NCBI GenBank assembly: GCA_964016885.1 | Contig: OZ024751.1 | Span: forward strand, 6,510,001-6,574,000 | Direction of reading: 5' to 3' | Origin: Eledone cirrhosa | Taxonomy: Eukaryota | DNA: 64,000 bases | Translations under genes and position numbers: made by a program | Notes under the pieces: generated by a model | What the model was told of the DNA's origin: nothing | Database searches by the model: none | What the model saw: only the letters and a program-made list of their open reading frames with translations | Part shown: piece after piece, positions 29,490 through 44,565 of the stretch | Layout of the letters: the number at the start of each line of letters is the position of its first letter | Position numbering within the stretch: position 1 is the stretch's first letter

Positions 29490-30839
29490 AACAGATGCAG
29501 CGATCCCGCGAGTGGTATCACTCATACCAAGCGATTCCTCGAGGTGCTGGAGACGAACAGGTACCCTACGTCGCTCACAGACAGAGTAGGAGACACAAGA
29601 CACAAGAGACAGAGAGGCACCCAAGGCAAGTGCTTCCTTAAAATGCCACTCCTGGGCGAGAATACCACCAACGCTATCCGCAAGGCTATACGGAGGGAGG
29701 GCCTCGACATCCACCTGGCCCACTCGGGCCCCTCCCTGCGAAGATGCCTCGCCAGGAAACCCGGGAAATCAATTAACGCGTGCTCCAGAGACTGCCCGAT
29801 GCGCCATGCGAACTGTTGCCTACGCACATACGTCGTGTATAAGATAGAATGTAACAAGTGCAACCAATACTATATAGGTAGCACAATCCAGCCGCTGCAC
29901 ATCCGGATCAAGGAGCACACTAACACCAGGGCCTCGTCTTTCCGGAAACACATAGCCAAATGCGGAAACAAAGCCGGAAGGCCCATTGTCACAATTCTAG
30001 CGACAGAAAGAAACGTCGGCACATTACGTATCAAGGAAGCATTTTGGATCAAACGCCTAGGGCTACAATTAAAAACCGATCCGAGAGGAGCGAAATGAGT
30101 TGGTTGGTTTAAGTAAACAAACGATGCAGCAACACACGCACACACACACACACAAGCGAGACAGCAACACAAGCACACACACACACACGCACACACAGTA
30201 GCATTCCAGCATGCGAACCTACTACACTGCCAATACAGACAAACAAGGCAACAACACACGCACACACACACACACACACACACTCAAACGAGACAACAAC
30301 ACACGCACACACACACACACACAGTAACATTCACCAAGCAGGCAGCGAAACTATGGACTGACAGCTAGCGCCACCCCACTCCCAGAATTGAAAGAACTAT
30401 TTCTGCCGCTGACCTCTGCTTGATCGACCCCATTTTACGCGCACGCGCGCGCGCTCTGCTGAATACCTCAGATATTCAAAACGAACAGCGGAGGACATTT
30501 CGCACCTTTCCGACAGACAACCAGCCCCCCCCCCCCCCCCCCGGCCGGAGAAAGCCCCCAGTTGAAATATCCGAAATATACAGTGACAATTAAATCTCAC
30601 CCAAGGTAATTCTATCTCGTGTTATTATTTTTATTTTTATCCTTTACGCTCTTTCCTACATTCTTCTACACGCTACAGTCTTCTACACGCCACACATCTC
30701 AACGTACACCCACTTACATCTGTCTCTCCACCACCGGATCTTGTTACCCGGAGATTTACCCATATGCATTGTCGAGTCTTCCAAACGACTTAAAGAAATT
30801 TACCTTATTATTCCACAATGCTTCAAGCAAACTTCAATA

Positions 30840-30850
<11 letters not shown>
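29490..30850 (+). mobile_element. PLE 3' fragment with an open thumb-linker-GIY-YIG frame (29544-30098) and CA-rich 3' UTR
   Basis: FLKMPLLGE..CSRDCPMRHANCCLRTYVVYKIECNKCNQYYIGSTIQPLHIRIKEH..SSFRKH..LRIKEAFWIK. UTR end approximate. Confidence 0.85.
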
Positions 30851-30919
<69 letters not shown>

Positions 30920-30924
<5 letters not shown>

Positions 30925-31375
30925 ATACTTTGGGAGGGTCATGTTGCCAATATGAAACACACACACAGGTTGCTTTCACCTCAATTTATTATAATAAATT
31001 TATAAATTTAGGAATTTATAAATTTCCGGTTGGTTGGTTCCACAACCAGATGGTTGTTTATATATTGTCAAAGTTCTTTCGTCACACATTCTGTGACTTT
31101 TCAATGTCTGGGGATTCTTTTATTTGTGTTTGTGCCTCTCCTTTGTTCTGTCCTATGCCATCTTGTTTCTGAAACAAGATGGCATAGGACAGAACCAACC
31201 GGAAATTTATAAATTCCTAAATTTATAAATCTATTATAACAAATTGAAGTGAATGCAACTGGTGCGTGTGTTTTTTATTGGCAACATGGCCCTCCCAAAG
31301 TATAACAATATCAGTTTCAACACACGTTTTCAGATAAAGAATCTTGCTAAACAAATTCAGAAAAGAAATATATAT
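30920..31375. mobile_element. Naiad-like pLTR inverted pair (fold-back)
   Basis: 30920-31170 matches 12098-12335. From 31171 the sequence is the reverse complement, with a deletion. (TA)n on both sides. Confidence 0.8.
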
Positions 31376-31389
31376 ATATACATTTATAT

Positions 31390-31935
31390 ATATTAGTAAT
31401 AACATTCGATTCGTTTGGAATTATGCAAACAAGCCTCAATGTTATAGCCATGTCAGTAGAATGAACACACTTCATTCTTGCTCTTGTGTTGGCATGCGAA
31501 TATAACTGCAGACACTAATGTTTCTGGGTATCACCCTTCATCAGTACAGCTCACTGTTCACCTGCCAAACTGTCAGAGCTAGTGAAAATATATGCTATTT
31601 AACAAAAATACACAGTGACTGATCGGCTGATTTGCATGTCAGCAGACTGGTTGATCAGTCAGATCTGAATATTAGCAGATCAAATGTGTATTTTTGAAAA
31701 TAGCATATATTTTCACTAGCTCTGACAGTTTGGCAGGTAAACAGTGAGCTGTACTGATGAAGGATGATCCCCAGAAACTTTAGTGTCTGCAGTTTTGTTC
31801 GCTTGCCATCACCAGAGCAAGAATGAAGTGTTCATTCTACTGACATGACTATAAAATTGAGGCTTATTTGCATAATTGCAAACGAATCGAATGTTATTAC
31901 TAATATTCGAAAAACTCAGATTACATTTATTGTAT
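31390..31935. mobile_element. Non-coding fold-back element with an HHR in each arm (31506-31549 minus, 31749-31792 plus)
   Basis: Arms ~31390-31612 and 31686-31905. Minus-arm HHR is ctgta-CTGATGA-aGGGT gat ACCCa-GAAAC attagt GTC-tgcag. A partial copy lies at 62700-62790. Confidence 0.85.
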
Positions 31936-31957
31936 TCAGCCATGTAGAGAGAAATTT

Positions 31958-31994
<37 letters not shown>

Positions 31995-31997
<3 letters not shown>

Positions 31998-33290
31998 ATG
32001 TATTTGGGGAGGGTCATATTGTTATAATATTGCCAGAAATAACAACAGAACACACTCACTGTTTTGTTTAGGTTGGATTTCACTTCTGTATCTTTTATAT
32101 CTCCATAGTTAATTTATCTGGCAATCACTATTTATCATTGATTGACCAGCTGTTAAAAATACAGATATAAATATATATAGTCTATCAAAGTTGTTTCGTC
32201 ACCCATCTCTGACATCATCAGTGGCACTATTATGTTTCCTCCCGTTGTATTGTAATGTCTACGCCATTTTTTATTTTATTGATTTATTTCTTCTTCTCTC
32301 TGCCTCTGTTTGCTCATGCGTTTGCCTGTATGTTCTTATCTGAGTCTATGTGTGTTTGTATTCTACCTATGTTCACTAGTGTGTGTTTATGTGCGTTTGA
32401 AGTTATTGTACTTGTGTATATTTATTTATATATATTTTACTTTAGGTCAGTATTGTGTGTTTGGGTATGGTTTTTGATGTTATTCCATTCATTTTTTCTG
32501 TTCAACTTTGTTTTTCTTAGTTCTATTTCAGCTGCTTCTCTGATTTGTCTACATGCTGAGTCATTTCTATGCGTGGTCATATAGAACCGAATCGTCTTTT
32601 TGGCATTTTAGTTCCCCCAAGTGTTGGTATATTTTCTCACCTATGTATGTCAGAGACATGTTTCTGCAATCCCCTCTGTACATATTATATGCTATAGACT
32701 ACATTTCTAGTTTTACAATTTATTTGAGGATTCATTCTACATATTAAACATTTCTTATTAGTACAATGGGTTTTCTTAAAGTGGTATGTTTTGCTGATCA
32801 GGGATTTTATGGTAGTTCCTGGCTCTTCTACCACTTTAATCTTTAGATGGGTCTTTCTTTGGGTCTTTCTGCATTGCTTAGATTATTTCTCTCCATGGGT
32901 AGCATCCATGAACATGACACTCTGGTATCTCTGGTTGTCGTACCGTGAAGTAGCTTTCTCTATCTTGTGTTTAGTCCTATCTAAGCTATTCCATGATTTG
33001 CTCTAGTGCAATGGGAAAATCCTTTCATGTCTATTTCTATGAGGGTCTTATATTTCTCCATGGCACCTTTGTATACTCTGATTCTGTCTCTTTGAGTGTA
33101 GCCTGAGAACTGCATGCGATTGATGAAGTGTTGGATGTGTCTTCTCATTTCAGTTGGATCGTACATGCGGGACACATTCTTCATCACTCTTACTAAGTCT
33201 GCAATGAGAATATTAAACTTAGCACTATTGGACATAGCTGAGGTTTTTAGTATAACGTATTTGAATGCCATGGGTTTAGCAATATTAGAC
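31995..33290 (-). mobile_element. Second Naiad-like PLE subfamily, 3' half with an HHR at ~32183-32226
   Basis: KPMAFKYVILKTSAMSNSAKFNILIADLVRVMKNVSR..FINRMQFSGY..KIKVVEEPG..CTNKKCLIC..NVVYSI..YIGE. HHR is CTGATGA-tGTCA..TGAC-GAAA. Its terminal ~50 bp recur inverted at 29418-29470. Confidence 0.85.
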
Positions 33291-33359
33291 ACGGAACTCT
33301 GGTTAAACACTATAAACAAGAGGACCCAATTTTTCACTCACATTATGGATATAATCTTT

Positions 33360-33715
33360 TTCTCAATATCATCACAGAGAAACGATCCAATGTTCAGACA
33401 AATTACATACGCAACAAATATAACCGAACTCCTACCAAAATTAAACAGAAAACATGAGTGGAATATCAACATACAAACTAGTAATTAAGGACAAAATGAA
33501 GACATACAAAAAACAAACAAACTAACAAAACAAATCAGATGCATACAGATAGAATAAACAACCAACTAGAAACAAGTAAATAAACATAAATAAATAAACA
33601 CACACACACAAATACGGGTGTATCGCATGCGCAAACTAAGCATACAACACACAAAAACAAGATGGTGTTGGACAGAAAAACCAAGAGACACAAAATAAAA
33701 TAAAAACTGAGGAGG
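33360..33715 (+). mobile_element. Naiad-like PLE 3' end fragment
   Basis: RNDPMFRQIT..ITELLPKLNRKHEWN followed by the family 3' UTR. Confidence 0.75.
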
Positions 33716-33721
33716 TCAGAG

Positions 33722-34265
33722 AATGTAGAAAATGCTAAAGGGATTTTCTCAAGGAAATACAGCAAGCTATATATTTACAAAAACAGAATTCCTTCTGCTT
33801 CTCCCTCCACTACTACCACTATAATCGAGGTGAACGCCAAAAAAACAGAACGAACTAATTTTTCTTTGCTCATTACACTATTAATAGTGACACAGTTATT
33901 ACCAGCACCAGGAGAGAAAGACAGAAAACGATAAACAAAATGAGAACTTTTCTCTGTATATATGTGTATGTTACCTTTCTCCATTCTTATTAATACACAT
34001 TTAATTTCATTATACACTTCCGCCGCAAAAACGATAAACAAAAATGTGAACCTTTCTCTCTATATATATGTATGCAAACCATGTTAATTTTTTTCCATAT
34101 TCTTATCAATATACATTTTAATTTCATTACCCACTTCCGTCGCTTGAAGAAGCCCACAGGCTGCAACCGGTACGAAACATACGGTATGCTGCTTTTCCAT
34201 GAGAAAATCCCTTTTGTATTTTCTACTGTTTTACTTTATTTTATTATATATATCGACTCGTGTGT
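33722..34265. mobile_element. Non-coding PLE-like fragment with inverted ends, an internal direct repeat and a degenerate HHR
   Basis: 33725-33767 is inverted to 34186-34226. 33925-34022 repeats at 34027-34139. TTGAAGA-AGCC caca GGCT..GAAAC at ~34144-34178. Confidence 0.45.
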
Positions 34266-34277
34266 CACTTCTCTACA

Positions 34278-34371
<94 letters not shown>

Positions 34372-34644
34372 ACATATATATATATATATTTGTCGTTGTA
34401 TTTCCGATAAAGATCAAGAGTTGAGAACAGTTAAAATCGTTACCCAATGCGTTGATAAATCCTATGTAACTTTATTCTATATAGAATTAACATCCACATG
34501 ACTAGAACTGTTTTATTTGTAGGATATCATCAGCCCTATTCCTGTAGAAGCCACTTATATATATAAATATATAATATAAATATATTATAAAATATAAAAT
34601 ATAATATATAAAATATAATAAATAACCTATACATAACACCTAAT

Positions 34645-34715
<71 letters not shown>

Positions 34716-35824
34716 AGCGCTGTTTAAAACTTTTCGTTAGAAAAGAATACATGGTTATGGTTGTCTGATGCACAAATATTCCGGATTATTACAACATAAT
34801 ATAACTCTTTGAAATTATATAAGCCTGAAATAGACCGACTGCATTATCGTATATACGATAAAATTCAATCCACTTAGTCTGTCAAACTGTCAAATATGTA
34901 ATGTATAAAAGCCTATGCAGAAATAGCATTCAGTTTAAATTCTTACAAACTATTTAGTGGCATCCCTGCAAATACATATCCTGAAGCGAAAAGATCCTTG
35001 TTACACTCAGTCAAAAAACAAAACTGAGCAAGAATGTTGATACCTCTCATTAGATTAGGATCGGTGCCATGACCGGTTGGATTGTTGTGTTCTTGAGGAA
35101 AATATGTCATTTCACTTTGCTCCACTATACTTAACTGAAAATGTTTATCAGAAATAGCTCAGCGGTCAACCCTTAATGAGCTTCCATACTTGAAACAGTC
35201 TTTGTACATTAGGTTTTTACATTAAGTTCATGAATAGGCCATGCCAATTACATTGAAAAAACTAAAACACCAGGAGGTAATGGTCACAACGGTTTGCAAC
35301 ATTATTCAATAGGGAGATGGAAAAACTAACACACACACAAACACACACACACATTTTTCGGGAACGAAAATATTTGTTTTCTAATTGCCTGACACCACGT
35401 AAATTTGTAAATCGGTGGCCGATCGGGGGACAGAGTTGTATCAGATTCCAGTTGCTAATCACTTTATTTTTTAGGCCGTCACAAGCAGCCATAGCCGGCA
35501 TGGACTGGAGTTTGAATTGTGTCGATCGATTGGTTATTGATTAGGCGATACCCGCTGATTAATCCACATGCGCCGATTATGCATTGTTGCATAATATAGG
35601 CAGACAGAGGGTGCAGTGCACTCTACTGCTGCATTAAGTGTGGCCGAAACTAGAGTCCGGGAACTAATATATGCACCCACCCGTTTACGTGTGTTGTATT
35701 AAAGCGTATAACTATGTGTATACTCTGGAATGTGTTCTACATTATCTATTGAGTACGCTGAAATGCAACCGGTCCTGACATTGTTAAATATGCTGGGTCC
35801 GTGAACTCCTTATTTTATAATAAT

Positions 35825-35904
<80 letters not shown>

Positions 35905-36934
35905 TACCTTCCCTGTAGCGGTAACATACCCTTAAAGCGAGGAAAATGTCAGCAGCCGCTCGCATATATGTAGGATTGTGAGAAAATTAGCAAATGTATT
36001 AACAGGCAAATGTGTTGTGATGCAACGGAACTGCGATCATCTTACAAAGTTATGAATATGTGAGAGAGCCTCAAGGTGTGAAAGGAGTCATAGATGTATT
36101 GGAAATAGCTGCCTATTATACATCTATCCAAGTCGAAACGTTTTCGAATCGGAAGGACAAGTTAGATAACGAACACTTAAATGAAAGACCGTAGTCTTAT
36201 TGATGATTTACCGTTGATTAAAAGATCGGTCACTGTATTAACAGCAGCAGGTTTTCCAATTTCAATAATAATATTGGATCCTAATTAAGAAACATTCCTC
36301 AATATGCAAAGCAGTCTCACTCCTACTCTTAAGAAATTGTGATTAACGCACCTGATTGTTTGGGTTCCATTCCAGAAATCTACGACACCAGGCACACATG
36401 AATCAATCAGAGCATACCTTCTCTATTTAAGGCTTTTGACATCTGTTGAACTTCATTCTCCACACCGTCGTTGCCACATTTCTGTACTTTGACTGCCGAC
36501 TGTGACCTCAGTCTTCGACTGGTTAGCTATTGCCCTTGATGCTGCGGCCTGTCTGGATGCATTATGCACCGGATTCCATTGGGTGGGAGGACCTGCCTAA
36601 CCTGTACATGATGGAAATGCATGTGCCAAACAGAAAATTTGAATTCAGAGCCTTCTTTGGTGAAGTAAGTGTAGCTTAATATGTAGTTAAGTATGAGTTA
36701 CATATCCAAACATGACTCCAATGCGCATGCTGGTACCTATTACCTAACATGGAACGGAGTGATTGGAAGAAATGACGACACTGATCTAAATGCAAAAGCA
36801 GATGCCTTATTAGATCTCTTTTCTCGGAAATAACTCTCTGTTAGAAAGCTCTTCCTCCAGCGCAAACTTATCCACAAATATACATAGTATAAAGGAAATT
36901 GGGTAGATTGATCAGTAAATAATTAAAGAAAAAC

Positions 36935-37390
36935 TGTATCTGATCTCTTCGAGTGTAAGCCGAATGTTCGTATTAAGAGAGGTATGGAGCTCTCAACTGA
37001 CCAGTGTCCGCAACTCGAGAATACCCATATTCATGAAAGCCATCAAAACTTGCAGTTTCAGCTCGACCTAAAGGATAAAATGGGGAGCGTAGGCTGATGA
37101 TGAGCTCAAGACAAGATATGCAGATAATTTTGCATCCAAATTCAGAGAACTCCTTAAAAATCTGAGGACATTGAAGCAGTGTAATGTCTGTTTAGTTTGG
37201 CAGTTTCTGCATTTTCTGTTAAATGGTTTGGGTGAAAGTGGCTCGATATGGTGCCGAATGGCAGGAGAGGCCCGGGGTTCAATCAGGATTTTAAAGATGC
37301 CATCCTTACAATGAAGATATCTTACAAAGCTTGGCATACAAATGAATGCTTCTACTTGCACTCGCGGTACGCGCGAGCACGAACATTCGT
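36935..37390 (+). mobile_element. Expander/Rex3-like RTE LINE internal fragment (end of endonuclease and tether)
   Basis: DLFECKPNVRIKRGMELSTD (cf. VKRGAELSTDH), ADNFASKFREL, DIEAV, FNQDFKDAI..KISYKAW..LHSRYARAR. Confidence 0.75.
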
Positions 37391-37400
37391 AGCAGAGACA

Positions 37401-37589
37401 ATAATTGTTTCTATTTTAGGCACACGGCCAGCAATTACCCAGTACATTACCGGTACTTTATTTTATCGACCCTGTAAGGATGAAAGGCAAAGTTAACCTC
37501 AGCGGGATTTGAACTCAGAATGTAAAGGGACGTAACTATGCTAGAAAGCATTGTCTCCAACCCTCTACCGATACTGCCAATTCACCGCT
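37401..37589 (-). mobile_element. SINE family A with 16-bp TSD
   Basis: TSD tagcagagacaataat at 37390-37405 and 37592-37607. Confidence 0.88.
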
Positions 37590-39240
37590 CTTAGCAGAGA
37601 CAATAATGGCTTCAGGTTAGGACTTTAAATTCGTAAATGACATATTCTAGTAGGCCTTCCACCGTCCACGTAATTAAAACCTTTGAACATATTTATAAAC
37701 ATCACAGACGTCTTTATGTATCATTGGCAAAAAACAAAAGAAAAATCAGGGATATTGATATTGATACGACTGTGATGGAATTATATTGCCGTGCGGTCGA
37801 TATAAAAAAAATATGGTGTAATTTACGTTTACATACAGCAAAAGAAACAATGAAGGAAATTGTAACAAACATTAAATATATGATTTGCTACATTAGTCTA
37901 AAAACAAAACAAAACGAAACCATTTTCTGTCGATGCCCTTTTAAATAGCGAACAAACTAATAGAGTATCTATGCTAGTCAGGAATTAGAGATTCGCAAGT
38001 CAGTTTAATTATATAGAAACATCGAAACAGTATATTAACGATTATGAGGATTAGAAATGGAATAAATTATGATCGATAATGAAATGTCAGTGTAAATTAT
38101 GTTCCGTCATACACATTTACTATTATTGTAAGTGTCTTTCAGTGAAATTAGAAGTGATGTAAATGAATGAAGCATTGAAATAAGTTCCCAAACCATAATG
38201 AATCTGAAATTCTTAATTATAGTTGAAATATACAGAGATATTTGAAATATACAAAATTACGTTAGAATTGTGTGTGTATATTTCAGCTCATGGGTTCAAA
38301 AATGACTCAGCTTTGCTGTTTGTTGGAATTTTAACTACATCATATACTAAGATATACCTAATATTCCTGGAAATCTGCAAGCGGATCAGTTTATGCTATT
38401 TCTCTAGAAGTACTATGTCTACCAGTTCTTAATTTTCAGGATTGCTTTGATGACAATGTTCACCTGTCCGAAATTTCAATTACATGCTAAACAAAAAAAA
38501 AAGAAAAGACTTCTGAACTCCAAGAGACTGTTGATAAGAAGGACTCTGATGCCGTCTACGATAACTTGACGGAAGTAAACAGACCACTGGAAAGTGTGGC
38601 ATCACATGCTTTTTCTTCTAACAGAAGAACACTAATGGACTGACATTTTGCACTGCTTGAAAGATCATAATTAGACAGTGCTAGATTCTACCTGCATTAT
38701 TGAAGAGGTTATAGCTTTTATTTTACAACGTACTGGTTTCAAATATCTTAATTTGAACGCATTCCTATTTCAGACCCACAGTCCTGCTAAAGTGAAAAAA
38801 ATACATCGATAGATCTTCTGGCTTTCAACTGTTACAGTTGCTTATTTGAAAAGAGGGTGGGGGACCCTGAAATATGTTGAAATACACTTGGTAAATCATT
38901 ACTTTGTTTTAACTATTTGTATTTTGGGGTTTTCTACTACGTAGAAGAAACATTGAAGAAAATTCAACTGAAAGATGCTAGACATATTACATATGATCTA
39001 ACAGGTGATAGGCTCATCATGGAAACAGACGGGCACCTATTTACTGTGTGAAATGCATTGGAACAATAGCGCAGTGTAAAATAATGAGTTATATAGTACT
39101 GATTTCACATGCCGTCAATTTCTTAATGTATAGAAGTCTCAAAAATATCATTTAACATCAATAAATATGCCTTGTTCTTCTAATAACCAATACACACACA
39201 TATACACAAACACACACGCACACACACACACACATACGCA

Positions 39241-39279
<39 letters not shown>

Positions 39280-39287
39280 ATATATAT

Positions 39288-39752
39288 ATTAACTAGTCAC
39301 ACACAAATGCACTCACACACAAAACAGATTCACACTCACAAACACAGATGCAATGACTCATACATTCATACATACATACAAACATAGATACACACACACA
39401 TATATATATATATATAGATAGATATATAGGCACGCACACGCTTGTCTCCTCAAAAGATAAAAGGGTTATTTCCCTTTCAAAATCTTTCTAGCCATCATTA
39501 CCCCCAAAATGTTTGATTGAACACACAGGTGTTTTTGGTCTTATTTTATTCCGTCCCTTCCTCTTCTGACTCAATATCACTCTATTTCATCTTGTATTTC
39601 TCATTCCATCTTCTGATGAAGGACCATTTTCTGAAACGTAAAAACACTTTTACTACTTTATCAAATTATATACTAATATATTTCTACATTGTACTGTGTA
39701 GTTGGTTTGCTGTATCAGTTTAATTTTAGCATACATAGATAGATATACAAAG

Positions 39753-39770
<18 letters not shown>
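39288..39770 (+). mobile_element. Outer inverted-repeat arm 1 (HHR-bearing pLTR-like unit; HHR 39609-39644)
   Basis: Near-identical reverse complement of 41560-42039. tctt-CTGATGA-aGGA..TCT-GAAAC-GTA. Confidence 0.85.
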
Positions 39771-39788
<18 letters not shown>

Positions 39789-40675
39789 TTATTAAAATAA
39801 CAGATTAAAGTTTAAGCAAAGAATCGCTGCTTTCACCCTTAACGAGATCTTCTGAAACTAACACAGTCAATCTGTAAAGGGGGAAGTGGATATTTAAAAA
39901 AACGTTGCAACCGGAGGAAGACAGGAAGACGATACTTTGGTACGTGGAAACGTTCCCTGGCAAAGAACGGGAAAAAACGAATATAATACGTCATTAATAG
40001 GAGCGGTGAAAAACAATAACACGCAAAGACAGGAGCACGTTTATGGTATAAAAGAGGTCGTAGACTAATGTTCTCTTAGGTGGTTCATAGAGACGTTCTC
40101 TGGCAATGAACGAAAAAAATGAAGATAATACGTCATATGTGGAGCGTGGAGAACAATTGCACGCAAAGACAAAATCACGTAAATGGTATAGCAGAAGTCG
40201 TAGACTAAAATTCTATTGTTCTCAACGCTCCACATATGACGTATTACCTTCGTTTTTTTCCGTTCTTTGCCAGAGAACGTCTCTATGAACCACCTAGAGA
40301 ACATTAGTCTACAACTTCTTTTATACCATAAACGCGGTTCTGTCTTTGCGTGTCATTGTTTTTCACCGCACCAAATAATGACGTATTATATTCGTTTTTT
40401 TCCGTTATTTGCCAGGGAACGTTTCCACGAACCAAAGTATCGTCTTCCTGTATTCCTCCGGTTGCAGCGTTTTTTTAAATATCCACTTCTGCGTTTACAG
40501 ATTGACTTTGTTAGTTTCAGAAGATCCCGTTAAGTGTGAAAGCAGCGATTTTTTGCTTAAACTTTAATCTGTTATTTTAATAAATATTTGCTCTACGGTT
40601 CTTATATATTTGATATATATTTATCCTTATCGAGCCCTCTTTGGATTTTAGTCTTCAAATTTATTATTATTACTA
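39789..40675. mobile_element. Inner fold-back element 1 with CAGAAGA-core HHR-like motifs (39809-39859 minus, 40513-40563 plus)
   Basis: 39789-~40155 is the reverse complement of ~40215-40584. Each arm has an internal ~140-bp degenerate direct repeat. Confidence 0.85.
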
Positions 40676-40696
40676 TATATATATATATATAAATAA

Positions 40697-41547
<851 letters not shown>

Positions 41548-41559
41548 TATATATATATA

Positions 41560-42039
41560 TATATATATATATCTTTGTATATCTATCTATGTATGCTAAA
41601 CTTAAACTGATACAGCAAACCAACTACACAGTACAATGTAGAAATAGTTTAGTATATAATTTGATAAAGTAGTAAAAGTGTCTTTACGTTTCAGACAATG
41701 GTCCTTCATCAGAAGATGGAATGAGAAATACAAGATGAAATAGAGTGATATTGAGTCAGAAGAGGAAGGGACGGAATAAAATAAGACCAAAAACACCTGT
41801 GTGTTCAATCAAACATTTTGGGGGTAATGATGACTAGAAAGATTTTGAAAGGGAAATAACCCTTTTATCTTTTGAGGAGACAAGCGTGTGCGTGCCTATA
41901 TATCTATCTATATATATATATATATATGTGTGTGTATCTATGTTTGTATATATGTATGAATGTATGAGTCATTGCATCTGTGTTTGTGAGTGTGAATCTG
42001 TTTTTGTGTGTGAGTGCATTTGTGTGTGACTAGTTAATA
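41560..42039 (-). mobile_element. Outer inverted-repeat arm 2 (intact minimal HHR 41681-41716)
   Basis: Minus strand reads tctt-CTGATGA-aGGAC catt GTCT-GAAAC-GTA-aaga. Confidence 0.85.
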
Positions 42040-42260
42040 TTACGTAAACTTTCCTATCAATGATGTAAATGCACTCATACGTATATACATACGAGACGCA
42101 CACTTATTTATATGAGCGTAAAAGTGAGAACAATTTTGAAAGTTTCACTTAAAATCAATGAATGTTGCTGGCGGAGATTTAGAAAAAATAGCTTTGGAGA
42201 TTTACGTTAGAAATTATAAGGTAAGCTAAAGGTATTACATTATTGAGTGTATTGATTCAC

Positions 42261-42316
42261 CTGTCGTACAGTTAATCTCCATTTTATGGAAGCATTCCTC
42301 CAAATCTGTCCACATA
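42261..42316 (-). CDS. Candidate internal coding exon of an unidentified host gene: (R)MWTDLEECFHKMEINCTT
   Basis: Acceptor ccactctaattccccag|, donor cag|gtgaat. The phase-2 start fits the 48288-48370 exon. Non-repetitive context. Confidence 0.4.
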
Positions 42317-42799
42317 CTGGGGAATTAGAGTGGAACTAAATAGTTTTAAATTCCAATATGATCAATTCTATTTTGAAATATCTCTTCATCTTCAAGACGA
42401 GAATTTTAGATTATAATGTAATTTTTCTGACGAATATCACAGTGATTGAATATATTCATACAATCTTCTGTCAGAAGTTTCTATCTTCCTTCTGTAGGAG
42501 TTATGTTTAAACTATAAATATTTAGTGATTTATTAACCGCCTGATACTGAAGTATGATTACATTGCCTTCTATTTTCAATCCCACCTAGGAAATATGAAT
42601 TTACTAAAATTGTTTTCTGATATGAAATAGCAGCTGAAATCGTAAACTTCTTGTATTCAGTTAAAAATATAGTTTCATACACTGAAAGTAATTTAACTAT
42701 TGTATGAACAAATACCATCAATGGTCTGGAGGCAATAGTACTTAACAAATATCTCCGGTGGTTAGACGTGATCATCTACGGGGGAAATCTGTTGGTGTA

Positions 42800-42960
42800 T
42801 TTCAGGTTTAAACTTCTGTCCGCCGTTACCGCAAGGCGGCCAACGGGTGTGCCCCCATTCACTCACAATAGTGAATGATGTGTAGAGATGGAGAGACCGA
42901 GGTAGTGACAGTGAGACTTTTGTTCAATTTTTTTTGGACAGAGTGTATATGTATATATTT
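42800..42960. repeat. Small dispersed repeat with a GC hairpin; second copy at 60360-60660 split by a SINE
   Basis: Shared ttctgtccg..gccccca.t..ctc and gagatgg.gaga.cga..agtgacagtg.ga..tt..gtgtatatgtatat. Confidence 0.45.
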
Positions 42961-43492
42961 AATTACCACACCACATTATTTGTTAAACGATAGAATAATA
43001 ATAATAATAATAATAATTTTAGGATATTGACCAAAACCTTTCTTTACACTATATATATATATAACGAAGGAGGTAAGGAACCAGATGGACCATAACGCAC
43101 CAGAGTACTCAATTCTTAGGGCGCTGAGTCCAGAAATAGCCGTCGAAACGGCTTGAGCTCTGCCGTCGGGGTCAAACATTTTCCTAAATATATATATAAC
43201 ATGAAGCGCAAGTCAACAGATTTAAAATTAACTTCGTTTATTCATTGTCGCTATGAATAAACGAAGTTAATTTTAACCTAATGTCTTGGACTTTATAAAT
43301 ATAGTCCAGAGTAAACAGACTGACCTACGTAGATCGTCGAGTGCTTTAGCCCGCATACTAAAGTGTCGGTGATTCACCAACACATACTCGAATTATATAT
43401 ATATATATACATACCGAACGTCAGATAAGTTTTCTTTTTCATAGACATAGAAAGTGTATATGCTTTATATAAGCGTGTCTTGATTATTGATA

Positions 43493-43563
43493 ATAATTGT
43501 TTCTACTTTTTGGCACAAGGCCAGCAATTATCCTAGTACATTACTGGTACTTTATTTTATTGA
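43493..43563 (-). mobile_element. SINE family A, 3' fragment
   Basis: ataattgtttctactttttggcacaaggccagcaatta..ggtactttattttat. Confidence 0.7.
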
Positions 43564-43889
43564 TTACTAGTTTTCTTTCACCGTTTGTTTAATCGTCATT
43601 TCATTTTATTCGTCACATCGTCTATTCTATATTTTGCTTGACCCAGTTCTTCAACTTCATTAATCCATTCAAAACATATTTTAATACTTTCCACATAAAT
43701 CGATTAAGATTATATTTTTTCTCAGATCTTCTCTTTTGTTCTACTTCTATTTTTACCGACTATACCAACCAGAAATATCCACGTATTTCAATAATAGGTA
43801 TTTACAAATAACGGAAAGCGGAAAATTATATTTCGTAATTTAAATAAAACTATTGACTTATTTGCATTTAATCTCAGCTTATTTGTATA

Positions 43890-44565
43890 TATTATTACGG
43901 AAAATATATTTCAGGGTGTACTATAACAATTGGAATAATTTCTGATGTAGTTCTCAACAGAAAACATATTACGTGATAAGGGAAAATATATTTGAGGGTG
44001 CACTATACCAGATGGAATATCAACAGAAAATATATATTTCGGAGTGCAGCTATACCAGATGGTTTAATTCTTGATGTAGTAATCAACAGAAAATATAATT
44101 TACGTTATCAATGAAAATATATTTCTTGGTACGCTTTACCAGATGGAGTAATTTCTGATATAGTTATCAACAGACAATATATTTTACGCTATCAGGGAAA
44201 ATATATTTCAGAGTACAACTATACCAATTGGAATAATTTCTATTGTAGTAATGAACAGAAAATATATATTACCTTATCAGGGAAAATATATTTCAGGGTG
44301 CAACTGTACCAGATGAAATATTTTCTGATATAATAAACAACAAAGACTATATTTTACGTTATCAGAAAACATTGATGGCACTATTTATGCAACTATGCCA
44401 GATGGAATAAGTCAACAGTAAATATATTTTACGTTATCAGGGAAAATATATGTTAGTGTACATCTATACCAGATGGAATAATTTCTGATATAGTGATCAA
44501 CAGAAAATATTTGTTTCGTTATCAGGGAATATATATTTCAAGGTGAATCATAGCAGATGAAATAT
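43890..44565. repeat. Degenerate minisatellite, ~85-bp unit
   Basis: Recurring ataccagatggaataatttctgatatagt.atcaacagaaaatatattttacgttatcagggaaaatatatttcagggtg. Confidence 0.85.

Noticed and set aside
38463-38510. Strong minus-strand polypyrimidine acceptor suggesting a 23-nt micro-exon
   Set aside because: Its phase does not fit the preferred exon chain, the donor is weak, and it could be an A-rich tract.
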